This document shows positions 7,447-13,040 of a stretch of 13,040 nucleotides of DNA, piece after piece. Every line of letters begins with the position of its first letter. The stretch's first letter is position 1. The stretch comes from Zygophlyctis sp. KS116 (taxonomy: Eukaryota; Fungi; Chytridiomycota), in the NCBI GenBank assembly GCA_054661495.1, contig BAAFSQ010000281.1, forward strand, positions 1-13,040. The letters run 5' to 3'. Under the pieces are notes generated by a model that saw nothing but the letters and a program-made list of their open reading frames with translations, ran no database searches and was not told where the DNA came from. The translations under genes were made by a program, and so were the position numbers.

Positions 7447-8333
7447 TCAGTCAATCTTCTTTAAAAAATTAACGACATTTTCATACACCAAAAAATTAAT
7501 GGAATGGATCGGAAAAGCACGAATCAGTTGCGGTGTTAAACCTTGATAAAAGCTATGTAATCCCCTAGATTTCCATCTATGAACAATCAATTGAAAAATA
7601 GAAGATGGTTTAGAATTTAGAGATTCACGCTGAGAAATTGATTTTATACTATCATTTTAGTTGAAAAAAAAGATTACAGATCAACTGGAAATAATGATAT
7701 CCAGACTAGAGAACCTGCTAATCCTCCAGAAAGAGATAAAGCCCACCATGGAACTTCTTGATCCCCATTTTCAGCCGTGAATAATTCTTTACATGTTTCG
7801 TATCCAAAAAAATAAATTGCAGTTCCTGTAGAGTCACGAATTATTTGAAGATTAACTCCACTGTAAAAGCCCTTTATGCCTTTTTGTAAATATATATATT
7901 TTGTCCAGCCCAATAATGTTTTGGGTTTTATCAGAGATGATTTTTGTAGATTTTCAGTTTGTCTTAATACTTTAATAAATTCTAAAGGTGCAGAAGTTAA
8001 TGCTACAAGAGATCCAGAAAATAGTCCTGCTAATATACTCTCTAAATGATTAGAGTTTGAAAGTTTTAATTGAGATAACCAATTTTTAGAATTAAAATAC
8101 ATTGAAAATGTAACTGATCTAAAAAAAGAGGTTGAAACAAGAACAGGCAATGCACCATAATATAGGCCTCGAATACCATCTCCTGAAACAGTAAACTTTA
8201 TACATTCAAGACTAGATTTATAATTTCCTACTTGCATTTTAGTCTTGATTGTATCAAAAGGATATCCGAATATTGTTGAAGCGACCGTAGCACATGTTGC
8301 AGCTATTGGGACAGCAAAAGTCTCATTAATCAT
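7447..8333 (-). CDS. Mitochondrial carrier (SLC25), carnitine/ornithine/basic amino acid carrier-like; 2 exons, ~285 aa
   Basis: Three Px[D/E]xxK motifs (PFDTIKTKMQ, PLEFIKVLRQ, PVDLIKS across intron 7649-7677, 29 nt), G..G.Y.G repeats, C-terminal LIRAFP. Substrate assignment is inference. Confidence 0.92.
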
Positions 8334-9561
8334 TTACAAGAGCGATATTATTTTACAAGAGATATCGGCAACTTCCTGATTGCTACTGTTCAATCGTAGT
8401 AAAATCTCTTTTAGATCTAAAACGTTTGCCAACTCTCTTGTTTCCAAAGAATTCCCAGAGACCAAGAGAAAAATACAAACCAAGTTTGAGATTTCAAAGA
8501 CTGAATCGGGTTCCTTACCGCCAACGGAAACTGTTGTAAAGCTTTGAATTAACCCAGACAGCGCTTCCAAAACCCATTCGTCCGATAACTGTATTTCCTT
8601 ATTATACAAAGATCTAAGAATATTGAAAAATAGATTTATAGTTATTTTTGTATAAGAAGGATCCAATAAAAAGTCTATCAATTGTGTAATTTCAATTTGT
8701 CGAATCACAAAACTAGAATCAAAAGTCGCGATATTACTAATCTATTTTTTTAGTTTAGAAAATTACCCAATTTATAAAACTCCTTTTTATATCAATAGAA
8801 AGATTTACATTATCTTTTTCTTGAATTATTCTCTTTAAGAGACATTTTGAACTTTTTAGTACAGACTGATCTAATTGAATTTTAACCTTAATAAATGGTT
8901 CTAATTCAGTAATTTTTACTTTAGATATCCAATCACTAAATGTATCATCCATATCTTGAGTCCATATTAAAGCCTTTACTTTTTCCCATTTTATAGAATC
9001 ATTTGAAAATTGGTAAGATTGAACAATATCAAGACACGAGTTAAATGAATCTTTAAACTGATATTCATCAACAATAGTCTTTGGGAATTTAATATAATCT
9101 TGTATACTTTTTTCTAGAGATTTTTGAGGAAAGAATCCATTAATCATTGGAGCAAGAGCAGAGCCTAGAGGAGTAGAAAGAAAATTATTTGGCAATGAAG
9201 TAATATGATTTGGAATTGTTTTTCCAACCAGAAATTGCATCAAATCATTAGAGAAATGATTACAATTATTTTCCAATAAATGATATTTTTCTGGAGTCCA
9301 AACTTGATGCAGCTCTCTCAAATATTCATCAAATACTGAATATGGGATTTCTGTACTTCCCATTGATAGCTTTTGAACTGGAATTCCATAATAACTCTGA
9401 CCAGGCCTAGAAGTCTGAATCCCATTTCCAAAACAAATTTCCAAATCATAAACTACTATTGACGTATGCCAAATTCCCTCTATATGTCTTCCTAAAAGAG
9501 AACTAGAGAGTTGTGACGCCATGCCTTGACTTAAATCATATACCCATAACTCAACATGCAT
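8334..9561 (-). CDS. DESI1: PPPDE peptidase / desumoylating isopeptidase 1-like with C-terminal helical (possibly PUL-like) region; 2 exons, ~400 aa
   Basis: VELWVYDLSQG, GIWHTSIVV (catalytic His), YHLLENNCNHFS (catalytic Cys). Intron 8742-8766 (25 nt) joins ORFs 8755-9561 and 8334-8708 in frame. Confidence 0.88.
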
Positions 9562-9701
9562 CTTTTCCTAAAAATTATTTCCAACTATCCATGATATCCA
9601 TTAAAGGATTCTTCAAAACTGTTTGGAAGCATAAGAGTGTCAGAGTAAAAGTAAGTCTGTCCGATAATGATCCAACGTTTACGAATTGTAATTGTAATAC
9701 C

Positions 9702-11431
9702 ATGCAACCGACAACCGATTACACTATACAATTAAAAACATTATTATCCTCCATCTCTAACGGTCACTAGTGAATGCATGATTCAAATAAGATTGTCAGA
9801 ATTTACTAAAAACGGAAATTGATCATATGAATTATCGCTTTACAGAAAACTTTATCGAGTCAATAGCTCAGATATTATCAGTTGCATTGACAAATGATGA
9901 AAGAGAAAGATTTATACAGTCGGTGCCTTGGGCTCTGGGTGACAGAATTAGACATTTGTCAAGGTAATTATTGAATTTAAATGGTAGAGTCAATTTAACT
10001 AAATTGGCAGAGAAAAAGGAAAACTCCTTGTGTAAACATGAGAAAACTTGTACAGAAAATGTGTTTATTGGGTTTTTGAGGAGTTTTATAGTTTCTTATG
10101 GTATAAAGTATGGGATAAATTTACTACCTGCATTGCTAACTGGGAAATTGTTCAAGAAACCAAGTTTATTTTATAAATTAGGAGGTAAAGATACAATTTC
10201 TTTTGCATTGTTTCTATCCACTTTTATTTCAATTTATAAAGGTGTATTATGTGGGCTAAGAAGATTAAGGAATACAAATGATGCGCTGAATTCTTTAATA
10301 GCTGGTGGTATGGCTGGGATGTCATTAATGTTGGATACTAATAATAGTAGAAGGAGAATGATTGCATTGTACTTGTCTACGAGAACGTGTCATTTTATAA
10401 GTCGTGGAGTCTGGAGATATTATATAGGTAAAAATATTATAATAATTTTAGAAATTCCAAGTCAAAAAGTACAAGAAATTTCTAAAAAAGTTGAACAAAA
10501 TTCCCAAATTACTATAAAAATTCTTGAAGAAAAAAGGAAATGGCACCAAGAAGTTAGAGGATTAGTTCGTCAATTTTCTGCAGGAATTTTAATGATGTTA
10601 TCTTCAGGACAAATTATTTACTCTTTTTGTTGTGAGCCTGAAACTCTCTCAAAATCTTATCATTCATTTCTTTTAACACATTCCGGACTAAGAGAAGTTT
10701 ATGGTCATTCAAAGGCAAAAGATGCCATGAAAGTAATCACATCTTGTCTAAATGCTAATGCTGGATCTACAAAATATTTGGCAGATTCTCCAGATTTAAA
10801 ATATTCTTTAGATCCTTCATTGCCAGTAGCGGAATTGTCTGCATTAAATTTTGAGAGATCTCCTGGACATGAATTTGCACTTTGTTCAGTTCAGCATCCT
10901 CATAGGAATTATTGTTTATATTCATTTGGAGACTGTTTAATTTCTGAATTTCAAAGAGGAATATTTCTATATGCTCCCCTAAATTTTTTGATGTCTCTTT
11001 TATTCAAAGGAAAAAAGTTTTTGGAGGATCCTGCAGGTGCTAGTGCAAGAATTATTTTTACCACTCTAAGATCAGCAATTTTCTTGACTGCTTATGTAAG
11101 CTGTGCGTGGTCATCTTCATGTGCTTTTAGAAGATTATTTGGAATCGATAAACCTGCTAGATATTTTTTATCAGGATTTTTAGCGGGTTCTGCTGTATTT
11201 ATTGAATCGAGGGGACGTAGATTAGAACTGGCATTGTATTGTTTGCCTAGAGCAATTGAAGCTGCGTGGAATTGTGCAGTTAAATGGGGATATTGGAATG
11301 ATTTATGGGGAGGTGAAGCTCTATATTTTTCCCTCGCATCTAGCATTCTGATGAGTTTATATCAACATGATCCAGAAAGTATCCATGATGGCTATAGAAA
11401 AGTAATGGTACGGTTGATTGGAGTCAATTAG
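9702..11431 (+). CDS. TMEM135: TMEM135 family membrane protein, ~550 aa; start uncertain (9702 or 9827)
   Basis: YKG.LC.LRRLR, NSL.AG..AG.S, IALYL.TR, C...HP, LY.PL, T.RSA.FL..Y, IE...RRLELALYCLPRAIE motifs. Intron 9964-9987 (24 nt) is needed to reach an ATG; putative introns 9763-9791 (29 nt) and 10428-10451 (24 nt). Confidence 0.85.
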
Positions 11432-11471
11432 TGTCGAGGGCAAGTTGCTTGTTTAAACTATTTTACAATTG

Positions 11472-11692
11472 ATGGGATCACAAGTGTCCAATTTACCTCT
11501 GTCCACAACATCCTCTGAATCTAAGCCAACTTGTAAACCATGCTGTGGTATTTGAATTTTAATAATCTTGTAGCCTGTCCGGAAACGAGAAAAGTTCGAG
11601 ATGAATGTGTTTTTGAGTTTGGAGAGGAAAATTGCACCGATTTAATTAAAGCTCACCAAGACTGCATGCGCTCAATGGGATTCAATATATAA
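11472..11692 (+). CDS. COX17: Cytochrome c oxidase copper chaperone Cox17; 2 exons, 64 aa
   Basis: [64 protein letters not shown] after removing intron 11548-11573 (26 nt). Has CCxC plus twin CX9C. Missed by the ORF track. Confidence 0.96.
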
Positions 11693-11804
11693 GAATTAGA
11701 ATACTTTAGAATTTAAGATTTGAATTAGTAAATTGCATATGAATCTGTCCATGTATTAAACACATTCATCAGAGCCTTTAGTGCCACATTAGGATTAGAA
11801 AAAA

Positions 11805-12919
11805 ATGAAGGCTTTTGGATCTAATGCCCATGGTCAGCTTGGTATCGGGAATACAGAGGACTCTTGGCTACCAGTGGATTGCATATTTGGGGAACATGTT
11901 GTGCCAAAGTCTGTGGCTTGTGGAGCAAATCATTCGCTAGTTGTTTCAACAAATGATGAATTGTGGGTCTCTGGCTTAAATGATCATGGTCAAATTGGAC
12001 TTGATGTTCAGCAAACAACTGCATTCGTCAAGCTGAAACATGAAATGTTTGTAAATCTAGAAAAAGTAGCAGCAGGATGGAATCACTCTCTCATTCTTCT
12101 TCAAAATGGTCAAGTCTATGTTCTTGGCTCAAACGAATTTGGGCAATGTGGATCAAATGATAAAAGTGATAACAGAATTCCTAAATTGGTTCATGGGATA
12201 CCTAAATTATTGTCTGTAATTTGTAGTTTGTCTACATCGTACGGCTTAGATAATGATGTATCTTTTTTACGGTGCTTAAATAAAAGGGAAATATATGGGG
12301 GTGGGGACTAAATAGATATGGAGAACTTGGGATAGAATCTCATACACAAGTTTTGACTCCAAAGTGCATTATAGAAAATTATTTTGTAAAGGAAATTGCT
12401 TGTGGTCAGCATCATCTTTTAATTCATACTCTTGATGGCAAGATATTAGGAATGGGATCCAATAAGTTTGGACAATTAGGGACATTAGACAAGAGATTTT
12501 TTACATTCCCATGTCTGATACCTATTAAAGAAATTCCAAATCAGATTTTTAGTGGTTGGAATTTTTCAGGATGTTTGACAAGTGGTGGAAATGTATACAC
12601 ATGGGGTCGATGTGATATGGGGCAGTTGGGGTTTGATCCTCAGTTTGATCAGGAAAAAAATACCGACTCAGTGAAGAACGTTAGGATATATCCATCTCCA
12701 TGTTTAAATATTTCTTTGAAAAATATTTCAAAAGTTGTAGCAGGCTCTGAATTTTGTCTCGCTATAGACAATTGTTCAAATTGTTTTTCTTGGGGATGGA
12801 ACGAACATGGAAACTGCGGTTGTGGTCATAACCAAAATATCTTTCATCCAACTCATACTACTTCGGGCCTAAGATTTATTGCCGCCGGATATGGATTTGG
12901 TTTTTCATGCAATGAATAA
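11805..12919 (+). CDS. RCC1-repeat beta-propeller protein, ATS1/KTI13-SERGEF-like; 2 exons, ~361 aa
   Basis: Repeated G.N..GQLG and ..CG..H motifs. Intron 12258-12286 (29 nt) restores DNDGNIWGWGLNRYGELG. N-terminus AFGSN..GQLG.G..ED...P resembles Ats1/SERGEF; orthology is inference. Confidence 0.88.
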
Positions 12920-12963
12920 AATTTTACATATAAAATAAAAAAGAATTCCAGCTACTACTCTAC

Positions 12964-13040
12964 TCAATACTGCTGCTTTCCTTTGACAAAAACATTTAAC
13001 ACCTGATCAATGTAATTACCTGGTGGATCATACTCACAGA
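12964..13040 (-). CDS. 3' end of a CAP/SCP/PR-1 (Pry1-like) protein; partial
   Basis: Reverse strand reads CEYDPPGNYIDQVLNVFVKGKQQY*. CxYxPxGN is the CAP2 signature. The exact 3' end could differ if a small intron is present. Confidence 0.75.
   Translation of the reverse strand, partial: CEYDPPGNYIDQVLNVFVKGKQQY

Noticed and set aside
206-11692. Functional cluster of mitochondria-related genes (RMND1, NIPSNAP, carrier, TMEM135, COX17)
   Set aside because: They act in unrelated pathways and are interspersed with unrelated genes; no evidence beyond chance adjacency.
11805-12919. Split ORFs (RCC1 protein, and likewise RMND1, PRE9, DESI1, NIPSNAP) as pseudogenes or programmed frameshifts
   Set aside because: Every break is repaired by a 24-33 nt GT-AG intron that restores conserved motifs and gives a CDS length divisible by three.
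1-13040. Alternative genetic code or selenocysteine recoding
   Set aside because: TAA, TAG and TGA all end genes at expected positions, and all internal stops fall inside introns. No in-frame TGA at a conserved Cys was seen.

Overview
AT-rich, extremely compact eukaryotic genomic DNA. Gene content and sequence style suggest an early-diverging, chytrid-like fungus (inference). The window holds 11 complete and 2 partial protein-coding genes plus two identical tRNA-Cys(GCA) genes. In order: partial secreted His1 (LPMO-like) protein (-), RMND1/DUF155 (-), proteasome alpha-3 PRE9 (-), cryptochrome DASH (+), tRNA-Cys x2 (+), Bax inhibitor-1 family BXI1 (-), NIPSNAP (+), cysteamine dioxygenase/PCO-like ADO (-), mitochondrial carrier (-), PPPDE peptidase DESI1 (-), TMEM135 (+), COX17 (+), RCC1-repeat ATS1/SERGEF-like (+), partial CAP/PR-1 protein (-). 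The ORF track is fragmented because genes carry tiny 24-33 nt GT-AG introns (18 required by reading frame, 3 more putative). The most striking signal is a ruler-like 3' splice-site rule: every intron ends at the first AG at least 24 nt from the donor, even when that is AAG or GAG and a TAG at 23 nt is skipped. Packing is also extreme, with an in-frame TAA-ATG junction with no spacer, convergent stop codons sharing one TTAA, and a 55-bp bidirectional promoter. All gene models were derived by hand; no database search was run.
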